The position numbers and the translations under genes were made by a program. Under the pieces are notes generated by a model that worked only from the letters and a program-made list of their open reading frames with translations, searched no databases and had not been told where the DNA came from. Source: Candidatus Poribacteria bacterium (GTDB lineage Bacteria > Poribacteria > WGA-4E > WGA-3G). From it: a stretch of DNA of 64,000 nucleotides. Each line of letters starts with the position of its first letter. Position 1 is the first letter of the stretch. The DNA lies in contig CBDANF010000002.1 of assembly GCA_965197475.1 (NCBI GenBank), positions 224,001 to 288,000 on the forward strand. Reading direction: 5' to 3'. Shown here piece after piece: positions 10,501 through 20,224 of the stretch.

Positions 10501-12316
10501 TTTTGAATTAGATCAACAACGTGTTGGAGCATTGCAGAGAATCCTTGAAAGCGCATTGGAACTTTGCAAACAGGTAACGTTTGAAGAACGACAACACTGG
10601 TGTTCTCAACTTCGTAGTTTTTGTCAGGATCTACTTAGAGGTATTGAAGAAAGCCCAACAAGAGTCTCTGTAGAAGATGTTTATCCTATTACTGAGGTCA
10701 TCCAAGAGAAAGTGAATTCATACCTCGACGAACTTTACGAGACCTCAAAACCTCAACTGACACTCAGACTACCTGTGGAATCTTATGTCCCTGATACTAA
10801 CCGACAAATAGAAGTTCAGATTGTTTTAGAAAATGAGAGAGGCCGAAGTCCCGCTGAGTCGTTAGAGTTAATCGTTCAGGCGGACGAAGCATTTTTTGTG
10901 GTGACAGAATCGGAGATTAAGCAGAATGAATCTTTACGTGGAGGCGAACAATCAATTCTGACAGTCCCATTACGCGTAACTCCGGACGCTTTACAATCCC
11001 AGACCTTTTCTTTATCCCTTTGTGCTCAATATCGTACTCGGACGAAAGAACAAGTACAAACTCCAGATGAGAATCTTTCCATTCGCCTTTATTCAGAAGA
11101 TGAATTTGAGAAAATTGAAAACCCTTATGCTGCTTATGCTGAAGGTGGTATTGTTGGCGATACGAATATGTTCTTTGGGCGGGAAGAACTTATCCGAAAC
11201 ATTGCACAAGCTATTCAAGAATCTCAATTGCAGAGCAAATGTGTCTTGGTCTTTGGACAAAAAAGATCTGGAAAGTCTTCGGTGTTGTATCACCTAAAAG
11301 AGTTGCTCCAGGAAGATAGAGAACTTCTTATCCTTGATTTAGGAAACATGTCTACGCTTCTGGATCAACATGCCCAAACCTCACTCTTGCACCAATTTCT
11401 CAACGGTATTTTGAGAGCATTTGAACGTGCGATTCAGCGAAAACAACATGAGGGTTTAAGTCCCCTTGAACTTGCTATTCCTGGTAAAGAATTCTACGAT
11501 CATCCCGCACCTCTGCAACTTTTTGAAGATACCTTTGTGAAACTAAAGGATTTGACTAACGGGCAAGCAGGCCAAGAAGATTGGCGTGGCACAAGGGTTG
11601 TCCTCCTGATAGATGAATTTCAGTACATCTATGACCCGATCATTGAAGGCAAAATTCCTGACTCGTTCATGAAAAATTGGAAAGCTTTGCTACAGGCGAA
11701 TTACTTTAGTGCTGTGTTGGTAGGACAAGATGTGATGAAGAAGTTCAAACTCCGATTTCCCAATGAGTTCGGCACAGCGCAGGATGAGCGAGTCACCTAT
11801 CTTAAGGAAGAAGATGCCCGGAAACTTATTGATGAACCAATACGCATTGATGGAAGGCAAGGGGACAGTCGCTACCGGGAACAAGCAATCGAACGTATTG
11901 TAGAACTCACTGCAAGAAGTCCATTCTATATTCAAATTATTTGCAACCGTCTCGTTGACTACATGAATGTTAAACATGCGGGACTGGTAACAGAGGCGGA
12001 TGTAGAACAAGTCAAAAATGAACTAATACACGACGTAAATGCACTTGGCCTAGACAAATTTGATAATCTCATCAATTCGGGAGATACATCACCAGATGCT
12101 ATTTCAGATGAAGATGCTCTAAAAGTTCTGAAAGTTATCGCTGACAATAGTAATAGGACAGATCCTTGTCATCGCGATCGAATCGTTTGCCAAACAAATT
12201 CACCAATTGATACAATTCTGGATGATCTTGTGAATCGGGATGTTGTTAAACGCCGCGATCAATCTTATCAAATTCAGGTTGGCCTTTTCAAAGAGTGGCT
12301 TGCTGTCAACGGATAA
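7559..12316 (+). CDS. Large TPR-containing STAND-type AAA ATPase (Sm-like N-terminus, acidic repeat linker, TPRs, Ig-like domain, C-terminal P-loop)
   Basis: TPR-like helices at about aa 290-680; 'NPYAAYAEGGIV...FFGRE' pre-motif; Walker A GQKRSGKSS; Walker B LLIDEFQ; 'TARSPFYIQ' STAND GxP-type motif. Confidence 0.8.
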   Translation: MRIQLIQQKVPIGSQIILTLKNDEEVSGLLTEIGLDYITLEIANRQKTILADAILMFDVQGEDSEVEATNSTDVNTVSTDSVPEQVETPDSTDANTEAIDPVEASESSDVKTEPTEPVPEQVEAPDSTDANTESIDPVPEQVEASESSDVKTEPTEPVPEQVGASESSDAKTETSDSVPDQVEAFNPTDADTESTDLVNPEEQASEKLTEIVTRYNTEINISSIELEVPDFTFPAKELTSWQNTDIAGKWLQIKNKYENAQKINELSTKFGRIQPLLMEVKSLVRRFPNSPSLKRVTAYFYAVSDDWQEAIQIYKEVAITSEDANDWFNVAVSALQLNKKELACYSLEKYFNGISVIDKLNAWYIYVNLVGKFNNLSAFRELCKKGENDVAENEIEVLLDAAIYLFKRKVTTELAVEIVQKRIKGEPIASLLIEVSQKLGGQSTESYKRFLSEFMNDMIASEKTIHPISPEYPERIDTVKKSLHHIPSQKHDLETQEEDPYTIAKRADLVEKDLEKAEQYYRACISQNIKHDSAIKDLAMVLVRLGQPEEAVDLLEKNREKVIDEQSIDNVLISVYPAAAQYDKAINLLNNALKQTHDQERRLQIRMQIASAYIKLEDYVSAEKQFHLVQKLRPQNITVQRNLAFCLSKQNRYDEAKQILDIIQSTSPDAKTTELLEAIERAKRTGEFILDEDAIIEVETVLSYLSGELSDFAHFFLDRCAFDGVSPERVNEGKYTGSEKDFRYDMERLEDIAKQLGTKRPRDRSHYYLSAARIYFDLGGNQNVFYRYLCRSFASRGDAAVSENKHLDTVREWYCEALTAYDGDKTRRKRDEQDAVNSLVRYLYSTLGNAHIDLTPNTRTFNEVVRNVINNHPDKKKVFDFIAYLILHSRFAADRLLNRLYDNDTLRTIAVDYLKEMDILVPDVMDRLVDFVHPWNELRNGKFNEAHNISDKLRLLNNFDLTPSWLEDNIRFTKDIRTSLFFELDQQRVGALQRILESALELCKQVTFEERQHWCSQLRSFCQDLLRGIEESPTRVSVEDVYPITEVIQEKVNSYLDELYETSKPQLTLRLPVESYVPDTNRQIEVQIVLENERGRSPAESLELIVQADEAFFVVTESEIKQNESLRGGEQSILTVPLRVTPDALQSQTFSLSLCAQYRTRTKEQVQTPDENLSIRLYSEDEFEKIENPYAAYAEGGIVGDTNMFFGREELIRNIAQAIQESQLQSKCVLVFGQKRSGKSSVLYHLKELLQEDRELLILDLGNMSTLLDQHAQTSLLHQFLNGILRAFERAIQRKQHEGLSPLELAIPGKEFYDHPAPLQLFEDTFVKLKDLTNGQAGQEDWRGTRVVLLIDEFQYIYDPIIEGKIPDSFMKNWKALLQANYFSAVLVGQDVMKKFKLRFPNEFGTAQDERVTYLKEEDARKLIDEPIRIDGRQGDSRYREQAIERIVELTARSPFYIQIICNRLVDYMNVKHAGLVTEADVEQVKNELIHDVNALGLDKFDNLINSGDTSPDAISDEDALKVLKVIADNSNRTDPCHRDRIVCQTNSPIDTILDDLVNRDVVKRRDQSYQIQVGLFKEWLAVNG
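7752..8157 (+). repeat. Intragenic 60-bp (20-aa) tandem repeat with 120-bp higher-order period
   Basis: Units start at 7861, 7921, 7981, 8041 and 8101 with (g/a)gttg(a/g)agc; the 7861 and 7981 units are nearly identical; one unit lacks 12 bp (PEQV). Confidence 0.9.
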
Positions 12317-12326
12317 ACGGAAAAAC

Positions 12327-13853
12327 ATGAATCCATTTGCTAATTACGGTAGAATCGTCCATGGTGACCGTTTCATTGGACGTAAGACAATTGTGAACAA
12401 TATCGAAAACCGGATTATTCATCCCGATAATCCGGGGAATCTTGTGATCATTGGGATGCATCGTATCGGCAAAAGCAGCCTGGCGCACAAAGCAATCATT
12501 GAGCAAAAAGAAAACCTAACAAAGAAAGGGGTACTTCCGATTTGGATGGGGGTTGCTTCATACGATCTGTCCTCAGATTTCTTCCACGCGCTGGTAAAGA
12601 GATGTGTTCGGGAAATGAAGAGGTTAGATTGGCTATCAGGCACGGTTCAAGACTTAGCTGACTACGCATTGGAAACTGAAGATTCATGGGACGAAATTAA
12701 AGATTTTTTTATAGAAGTTAAAGAAATCGGGTATCGGATGCTCCTTATTCTTGATGAATTTGATCACGCGCGACATCTCTTCAAAGGAAACACGGCCTTT
12801 CAACGTTTACGGGAACTTGCTGATTACCCAGATTACGGGTTTTCTCTCGTTCTCACATCCCGTCGAAGTATTAGAGATATCGAACTTTCGGCTGGATCCT
12901 CGTCCCCATTTCATAACATTTTTCAAGTTCAACGTTTGGGAATGTTTAATGACGAGGACTTAGAAATTTATTTTTCCAGATTTTCAAATATTGGAATACC
13001 AATTTCTGATGAAGACAAAAAACGTGTGTTGTTCTATTGTGGAGATCATCCCTATCTGCTTGAGATGTTAGGTTGGGAAATAGTTGAGAGGTATCGTCAA
13101 AATCAAGAACAGGAAATTGATGTTGATAAAGCTGCTGATGCTATTATTCAATCTGTCTTTGAGCATTATGACGACATGATTCGGTTACTGCGGGAGGAAA
13201 AAACACTTAATAAACTCCTCCAAATTTTGCTTGGTCCTGTCATTGATGTCAAGCCAACTGATGTAACTGAACTTCAAAACTACGGTTTGATTAAACTTAC
13301 CGAGAAAGATCATGGAGATGAAAAGCACCCTGAAAAAGGTACTTATGTTGCCTATTCAGAACATTTCCACGATTATCTTAAACTGCATGAACGTTCAACA
13401 GAATTTACTGATGATGTATGGCCAATCTGGAGGAAAACTGAGAAAGCATTGCGTGAAGTGATTACAACCACCCTGTTTAAGACGTATGGAGATGACTGGA
13501 TTAAAGAGTTAGAGAAAGGACGTTCTAACTTAAAGAAAATTTTCGACGAGTGTCGACAAGCACAACGGAAAGAAGAAAATTCTTTTGGAGACAGAGCGTC
13601 ACAGAATTTGATTGATTTCACCTATCCTGCAGATTTGTTTACGATTATTTTCGCAAAAGGATTGTGGCAACCATATTTTCAACCACTCTTTGGACATAAT
13701 CCAAATTACTGGGAGCAACGCAAACAGTTATTGACAAAGTGTAGAAATCCCTTGGCTCATAATCGTGGTGAGATACTTAAACCCCATGAGCGTAAGACTC
13801 TTGAAGCATACTGTGATGAAATTCTGGGAGTATTGTCTGATTATATAGAATAA
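12327..13853 (+). CDS. STAND-type AAA ATPase with C-terminal HEPN (Swt1-like) RNase domain
   Basis: 'NPFANYGRIVHGDRFIGR'; Walker A GMHRIGKSS; Walker B LILDEFD; 'GDHPYLL'; C-terminal 'EKALREVI' helix and RNPLAH (RxxxxH) HEPN motif. Starts 10 bp after the upstream stop. Confidence 0.8.
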   Translation: MNPFANYGRIVHGDRFIGRKTIVNNIENRIIHPDNPGNLVIIGMHRIGKSSLAHKAIIEQKENLTKKGVLPIWMGVASYDLSSDFFHALVKRCVREMKRLDWLSGTVQDLADYALETEDSWDEIKDFFIEVKEIGYRMLLILDEFDHARHLFKGNTAFQRLRELADYPDYGFSLVLTSRRSIRDIELSAGSSSPFHNIFQVQRLGMFNDEDLEIYFSRFSNIGIPISDEDKKRVLFYCGDHPYLLEMLGWEIVERYRQNQEQEIDVDKAADAIIQSVFEHYDDMIRLLREEKTLNKLLQILLGPVIDVKPTDVTELQNYGLIKLTEKDHGDEKHPEKGTYVAYSEHFHDYLKLHERSTEFTDDVWPIWRKTEKALREVITTTLFKTYGDDWIKELEKGRSNLKKIFDECRQAQRKEENSFGDRASQNLIDFTYPADLFTIIFAKGLWQPYFQPLFGHNPNYWEQRKQLLTKCRNPLAHNRGEILKPHERKTLEAYCDEILGVLSDYIE

Positions 13854-13871
13854 AACATCTCAAAGAACCGT

Positions 13872-14321
13872 ATGCCACAAAAAACAGCATTCGTCTATCA
13901 CTCAGACTACCTTAACCACGACACAGGTCCCGAACACCCTGAACGGTCTGACCGACTCATAGCCAGCCTTGCAGCACTCCAACAAAGCAATGTTTGGCAG
14001 CAGCTGCACCACATTGGCCCTACACCCGCGACCGTTGAGCAGATCACTTACGCACACAACCCCGGTTATAGCGAACATATCCGTCAATACTGTGAGTCGG
14101 AAGTTCCACTCACCTACGACACGCCTGTCGGACATGAATCTTATGATATTGCCCTGCTTTCAACGGGTGGGGTGTTATGTGCAGCAGAGGCAGTGATCAC
14201 AAAGAAAGTGAAAAACGCCTTTGCGATGGTTCGTCCACCAGGACACCACGCGACGCCGGGACAGAGCATGGGGTTTTGTCTATTCAACAACATCGCCATT
14301 ACAGCACGTTATCTTCAATGA
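13872..14321 (+). pseudogene. Histone deacetylase/AcuC-family protein, N-terminal half only
   Basis: 'HPERSDRL', 'RPPGHHA', 'GFCLFNNIA'; stops before the DxDxHHG Zn-binding motif, next to the IS630 remnant. Confidence 0.85.
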
Positions 14322-14399
14322 ATTGTGCTACTACAAACGCCTAATCGGGCTTACAAATCCTTCAACAATTTTGAGTTAGCTCATACTTTCAAAACCACA

Positions 14400-15060
14400 T
14401 AATACCATTTCTGAATAATTATATTCCATTTGCGACTTTCGTGAAATATTTAAAATTTGTGATTTGGGCAATAGCTGCCTTCGTATACTTTCTCAAGATT
14501 TGTGTGATTTTGTCCTGCATTTCCTCTATTGACCCCAATGTGTGCTGAAACAATTTGGCTTTGATGTCTTGCCAGAGTCTTTCGATCGGGTTCAACTCTG
14601 GACTATAAGGGGGTAGAAAAATCAAGGCGATGTTGTCAGGAAGTTGTAGCGATTTCGCCTGATGAAAACGACCATTATCAAGCACAAGGACATTTAGCGT
14701 CTCTGGAAAAGTCTTTGCTAACTCATCAATGCATACTTGGAAACAGACACCATTGAGCCAGGGCATTTCAAGGAAGAAACTTTCTCCTGTTATCGGTTCC
14801 ACAGCTCCGTATAGATAAAGGCTCTGGTAAGTGTGATCAACATTGGCAATCGGTTTAACACCGCGTAAGGTGGGACGCCGAGACGACACAGGCAAAAGAC
14901 CACACCTTGACTCGTCTTGGCAAAAAAGTCGGACGCTTTGAAAAGAAGATGCCTTCTCCGAAATCACCTCCTCAACTTTGGTAGCGAAGTTAGCAACGAA
15001 CGCATCACACGCTACATCGTTTTTTTTATGACTTTTGCGAGGCACTTTGAGTTTCGCATT
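14400..15060 (-). mobile_element. IS630-family element, 5'-truncated (catalytic DDE part only)
   Basis: ORF 14419..15045 with DESRCG, LDNGRFH, PPYSPELNPIE; 'AKLKVPRKSHKKN' junction with A-run; HTH part absent; TA-ended terminus near 14400. Confidence 0.8.
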
Positions 15061-16203
15061 CCATTCAGTGGTTGTGTTGAATTATGATGCTGCAATAGGT
15101 GGAAATCCTACTAACCTTGTAACATAAAACACAAAAATTATCAAGTGTTTACATGGCGCGTGCCTTGAATGTGTCAAACCAGCATCTTCTGATACTCTTA
15201 AATGGTGATAATTAAAGAGATATACTTTTCTCTTTTAATTTAGATGGTTTTGAATACATTTATTTCTGCTTAATTTCACCCCATAAAGTAGCGACTTTGT
15301 CTTTAGGATTTATACTATATCTAATCTGTGAATTAGATATTAATTTAGGATCGCCTACCGCAGGATGATCACATGATGCACCATCAACACTACTATCAAT
15401 TACCATTTTTAATACTTCTGCATCAAAAGGTATATAAAAATTAACCTCTTCATAAGGATCCTCACCAGTTAATAATCTGGATTCGTATACCTTCTTTCCA
15501 TCGATCTCAAATCTAAATATACAGCTACCGCCTACAAAACAACTTTTATTTTGATTTTTACCTATCTCAAAATCTCTATCATTAGTCATCCCAATATATC
15601 CTTCAAATGCGATATATTTATTTCCTTGCAAATTATATTTAAGAGATGAGGCTTTTGGATGATTAGGTGGAGATAGAGAAAGACCTCTTTCAAAAGTAAC
15701 ATTTCTAATAATAATAGGATTACCGTTATTAGTTTTATTATCTGAAATAGATTGCGATCCCCAACCATTTTTATATTCACGACTGGGATTAAAAGGTTTT
15801 AGACCATCTTCATCAGGTAAAGTCTTTTTTCCTGAATTAATATTAAGATATACAACATTTTTAGAAGTATCTTCTTTAATAGTTATCGGTTCTGAATCTT
15901 TTTCAATCCCTAAATCTTCATTTTTATTACGTATAGGAGTTTGTTTATCAACCAACTCATCTTTAAATCTTGGAGGCATAATAAAATCGTATTTATGAAA
16001 ATTAAAAGCACCAAAAATATCCATAGTCATAAACGTTATATGATTCTTTCCTATAAGTTTACTTCTATTTATTCTAAGATCTATATTAGTATTTTTACCA
16101 TTAATATATTGCCAACCTAATACTTGTACTGCCATCGGAAATTCGGGCCACTCTCTAAGACAAGATTATGGTATAATATCCATCTCCTTGAAAGGAGTAT
16201 CCG

Positions 16204-16494
16204 ATGGCGAAACGAAAACGAAGAAACTTCACCCCCGAGTTTAAAGCCGAAGTTGTTCTTGAGGCTCTCAGCGTTGAAAGTTCCCAAGCAGAAGTGTGTC
16301 GGCGACATAACCTCAGCGATGAACAACTTTCAAAGTGGAAGCGACAGCTTCTTGAAAAAGCGGCGACCCTCTTTGAACCCGCTGATAAACAGTCTGATGC
16401 CTCTGCGGAGCGGATCGCCCAACTTGAGCAACTCGTTGGGCGGTTGACCCTGGCACTTGACATCCAAAAAAAAGCCTCAACTTACTTGAGCTAA
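16204..16494 (+). CDS. IS3 transposase OrfA
   Basis: HTH_Tnp_1-like 'RRNFTPEFKAEVV'; A8 slippery run at 16466-16473. Confidence 0.88.
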   Translation: MAKRKRRNFTPEFKAEVVLEALSVESSQAEVCRRHNLSDEQLSKWKRQLLEKAATLFEPADKQSDASAERIAQLEQLVGRLTLALDIQKKASTYLS

Positions 16495-16499
16495 CCCCG

Positions 16500-17330
16500 A
16501 TGGAGCAACGAGAAATGGTTACGGCATTACGGACAGACTTTTCGGTTCGGCAGATATGTGAGACACTCGGTTTCAACCGAAGCAACCTCTATTATCACCC
16601 CAAGCAGGCCCCGTGTGAAGCGGGCCTCCAGGATGAAATAGAGACGTTATCTTTGCTATATCCAACATACGGATATAGGCGTCCCACACAGTTGTTGGTG
16701 CGTAACGGATACACCATCGGGTATAAACGTGTTGCCCGATTGATGAAGTCCGCCAACCTCTCGGTTTCTGTCAAGCGTGTCTGTCAAACCACGACATCCG
16801 TTGCGGGTGTGCGTCCCTGGAGCAATCGCCTTGAAAACCTTGATGTCTCCCGATGTGATCAGGTCTGGGTGGGCGATATCACCTACGTCCGCCTCAAAGG
16901 ACACTTTATCTATGTTTGTCTGCTCATGGATGTCTTCACTCGCATGATCAGAGGGTGGTATATCAGTCAACACTTGACGCAATCTCTAACGTTGAAACCT
17001 TTGGAGACAGCATTATGTCAAAATGTCCCAGAGATCCATCATTCTGATCAAGGCGTTCAATATCTTTCAAATGCGTCCATCTCACTGCTTAGGCATCATG
17101 GGATTGAGATTTCAGTCGCCCGGAGAGGGTGTCCTTGGGAGAACGGATATGCTGAAAGACTTATCCGCACGCTCAAGGAAGAAGAAGTTCATCTCAACGA
17201 CTATGAGGACATCCACGAAGCGAGAGCCCGCATTGGGCATTTTATTACACAAGTATATAATCACAAACGCCCTCACTCTGCGTTAGGGTATTTGACACCT
17301 GTGGAATTTGAGCAAAAAAACTTGTCTTAA
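16500..17330 (+). CDS. IS3 transposase OrfB (integrase core)
   Basis: WVGDITY, HHSDQGVQY, ENGYAER, RPHSALGYLTP; lies in the -1 frame relative to orfA. Confidence 0.92.
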   Translation: MEQREMVTALRTDFSVRQICETLGFNRSNLYYHPKQAPCEAGLQDEIETLSLLYPTYGYRRPTQLLVRNGYTIGYKRVARLMKSANLSVSVKRVCQTTTSVAGVRPWSNRLENLDVSRCDQVWVGDITYVRLKGHFIYVCLLMDVFTRMIRGWYISQHLTQSLTLKPLETALCQNVPEIHHSDQGVQYLSNASISLLRHHGIEISVARRGCPWENGYAERLIRTLKEEEVHLNDYEDIHEARARIGHFITQVYNHKRPHSALGYLTPVEFEQKNLS

Positions 17331-17796
17331 CTTTGCTAAATTTTGGTCTGAATAAACGGTAGCACTTCAACTAATATATTATTATCCATAACTATAACTA
17401 TAACTTGATATAAATCATTTGGACTTGTAATATTTGCTTTAATACTAATTATATTAGGTTCTATTTCTTCAACATTAAATACTTGATTTATCTTTGGATG
17501 TTGCCATGTTATTACTCGATTGGCATTAAAAAAATAATGTTTATGTAACCATCTAGCTTCGTATTCTGATAATCCTTTTCCTGGTCCCATAAAAGAATTT
17601 ACAGCTTCAGTATGATATAAACCAAAGGTATGTCCTATTTCATGTGCAATAAGTCTAACCATATCTGTATCTGCATTCTCTGCAAGATAACATGAACCTC
17701 CAAAATTAAAATTATAAAAAGGCCATCCAACTCCCCATTGACAGCATCCTTGATGCAAATTAATTGTATTAATACCTCCCACAATAAAAACATGTA

Positions 17797-18782
17797 GGCT
17801 CATGTAAAAAGTAAGTGCTATTTTTTCAAAGTTATGTTAGCGTGTTACCTATGGACTTTCCAATACAATCTCTCATGGATGAAGAAAAAACTCAAGCGTG
17901 GGTGTTGGATCATTTCCACCCTCAAGGGCTGTGTTGCCCAAAATGCCAAGCGAGCGTGGCGGAGGCACGCAAGTTCCGTCCGACTGAAACAAGTGGTCTA
18001 CAAGTGTATCGCTGCAAACACTGTGAGAGCATCTACAACCTCTATACCGGGACGGTCTTTGCTGGCACGCAGTTTCGTCCCTCACAGGTCGTTCTGCTTT
18101 TGCGCGGTGTCTGTCAAGGTGTTTCAAGTGCACAACTCGGGTGTGAACTGGGTCTAAGTCGTCAAACCGTTCTTTCTATAAGACGTAAACTCCAAACTTC
18201 GGCAGAGCAGATACAACCCGAAGCTGCTTTACCTGATGCTGAAGTCGAAACAGATGAGATGTTTCAAAACGCCGGTGAAAAAGGCGATAAGCACGTTGAT
18301 GCTTCGGATCCGCCGCGTCGGCGTGGCAATAAACGCAGGGGACATGGGACTTATGACAATGATCGTCCGCCTATTGTTGGGACGAAAGGTCGCGAAAGCG
18401 GTCTCCTGAGATTACGTGTTGTGCGGCACACCGATTCTGCGACGCTTTCAACACACGTTCATCAGTGGACGTTGCCGACTTCAACGGTGTATACGGATGG
18501 TTGGCGTGGCTATAACCGTATTCAGCGCGCCCGTGAGATTGTTCTCCATAAGGATGGCGAGTGGGCAAGAGACGCAGACGGTGATGGTCTTTACGAGATC
18601 CATACAAGGACGATTGAAGGTGCCTGGACGACGCTGCGAAACTTCCTTCGTCCCTTTCGTGGCGTTCATAAAAAGTTCCTCGCCGGTTACGTCGCAATCT
18701 GTGAGTTCGTCATGAATCTAAAAGCTGTCAGTGTTGATTTTATAGCAAAACTCGTCAAAAGCACTTACTCTTGACATGAGCG
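17797..18782 (+). mobile_element. IS1595-family insertion sequence (986 bp)
   Basis: IRs GGCTCATGTAAAAAGTAAGTGCT / rc CGCTCATGTCAAGAGTAAGTGCT; flanking direct repeat AAACATGTA. Confidence 0.9.
17851..18774 (+). CDS. IS1595-family transposase
   Basis: Zn ribbon CPKC...CKHC; VETDE, VYTDGW, 'HTRTIEGAW' catalytic motifs. Confidence 0.9.
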   Translation: MDFPIQSLMDEEKTQAWVLDHFHPQGLCCPKCQASVAEARKFRPTETSGLQVYRCKHCESIYNLYTGTVFAGTQFRPSQVVLLLRGVCQGVSSAQLGCELGLSRQTVLSIRRKLQTSAEQIQPEAALPDAEVETDEMFQNAGEKGDKHVDASDPPRRRGNKRRGHGTYDNDRPPIVGTKGRESGLLRLRVVRHTDSATLSTHVHQWTLPTSTVYTDGWRGYNRIQRAREIVLHKDGEWARDADGDGLYEIHTRTIEGAWTTLRNFLRPFRGVHKKFLAGYVAICEFVMNLKAVSVDFIAKLVKSTYS

Positions 18783-19169
18783 AAACATGTATATTCTTTG
18801 AATTCTTTAATACTTGAGGTATTTCAGGACTTATTTTATCCCATGTATTTGATTGATATATCAATGACGGATGATCACCATCTACTACATTTATTTTTAC
18901 ATTTCCATTTACTTCCCTTTCTAACTTAAAAGTTTGATTTCCATAACCATATCTGAACATTTCTTCCGTATATAGTTCCTGAACATCATTCATCCATCCT
19001 CTAATTTTATTAAATGGAATATTGTTTATATTATTAGGTTTAAAATAAATTGTTTTTACCAAATAATCTGCGTTAACTTGTATTGATACTATCATTAAAA
19101 CTATAGTTAATAATAGCAATCTTAATTTTTTCATAATAACTCCCTATATCAATTAATTATATTTTGTTT

Positions 19170-20106
19170 GAGGATATTGGTTAAATAATGATGCAAGAAT
19201 TAGCGGGATACCCTCTGAACCGCGCTGCATCATATTTCAGTTGCGGTAATGATAACACTTATAACGAGAGTTGTCAATGAAAAAATCAGACTGATTTTCA
19301 TTGACTTATATGCCTAAAACTTGTATCCTCATTGAAACAACTCATTTCTACTCACAGGAGGATACCATGAAAGCGTGTCCAAGATGTCAACATATTCACT
19401 TCGTCAAAAACGGGTTCGTCAACGCAAAACAACGCTATAAATGTCCAAGTTGCCACTATCAATTCACACGCAAAACACCACGAGGTAAACCCCAGACACA
19501 TAAAACCCTCGCTCTGCTCTTGGACTGCCACGGTATTTCAATGAATGCTATCTCAAAACTCTTCAACATTCATGTAACAACTGTTCTCAAATGGGGACGC
19601 TCCTATGCGAAAAAACACGCCCCGAAACGGACATTTTCACCCGGATCCACCGTAGTTTTGGAGCTTGATGAAATGTGGCATTATATCGGAAAGAAGAAAA
19701 ACAAACTTTGGATATGGAAAGCACTTGACAGGAACACAGGATACCTCATAGATTGGCAATGCGGCGGACGCAACACAGAAACCCTTGAAAAACTGACGCA
19801 TCGCCTCAAAGCCTTGAATGTCAAAATGTCCTACACCGACAAGTGGCAGGTGGACGAATCCATCCTACCTGCTTCAAAACATGTTCAAACGAAAGCGGAG
19901 ACACATCGCATTGAACGCAACAATTGCTTGATGCGGCACTGGTTCGGCCGGTTCAAACGTCCGTCCATTATTGTTTCAAAAAGTGTGGAGATGGTGAACC
20001 TAACGATTGCCTTGTTCGCACGATTTCGTGTTAATGGAGACGTGTTTGACATTTTAAAACTTGGCGGAATGGAAACCATGAATATCATTAGTTAGGCAAT
20101 ACCCTC
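19170..20106 (+). mobile_element. IS1-family insertion sequence (937 bp)
   Basis: IRs GAGGATATTGGTTAAATAATGAT / rc GAGGGTATTGCCTAACTAATGAT; 8-bp target duplication TTTTGTTT (19162-19169 / 20107-20114). Confidence 0.85.
19367..20095 (+). CDS. IS1-family transposase (single-frame InsA-InsB)
   Basis: CPRC...KNG...QRYKCPSC; ELDEMWHYIGKKKNKLWIW; YTDKW; IERNN; RBS AGGAGG. Confidence 0.88.
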   Translation: MKACPRCQHIHFVKNGFVNAKQRYKCPSCHYQFTRKTPRGKPQTHKTLALLLDCHGISMNAISKLFNIHVTTVLKWGRSYAKKHAPKRTFSPGSTVVLELDEMWHYIGKKKNKLWIWKALDRNTGYLIDWQCGGRNTETLEKLTHRLKALNVKMSYTDKWQVDESILPASKHVQTKAETHRIERNNCLMRHWFGRFKRPSIIVSKSVEMVNLTIALFARFRVNGDVFDILKLGGMETMNIIS

Positions 20107-20224
20107 TTTTGTTTTTGCAATTAGAAATGATAACAGGTTTGGCAAAAACTCTCAAGGAAAAGGCAGATTAAATCATTCTTCCCAAACTTGTCCAAATAAG
20201 GGTATAGTGTAAAATTTCTCTACA

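Larger units (their letters stand above)
16125..17369 (+). mobile_element. IS3-family insertion sequence (1245 bp)
   Basis: TG...CA ends with imperfect IRs; 3-bp target duplication ACT (16122-16124 / 17370-17372); orfA and orfB present. Confidence 0.92.
15260..19134 (-). pseudogene. AT-rich secreted zinc metalloprotease + NPCBM/NEW2-like domain gene, interrupted by IS3 and IS1595
   Basis: Removing 16125-17369 plus the ACT duplicate and 17797-18782 plus the AAACATGTA duplicate restores one 1632-nt frame (543 aa): signal peptide, HEIGHTFGLYH, NPCBM-like domain, C-terminal SINPKDKVATLWGEIK. Confidence 0.85.

Noticed and set aside
14319-14321. TGA ending the deacetylase as a second Sec codon
   Set aside because: Deacetylase similarity does not continue after it; the downstream sequence leads into an IS remnant.
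15061-15180. Possible orphan IS end truncating the IS630
   Set aside because: No partner inverted repeat or target duplication could be identified.
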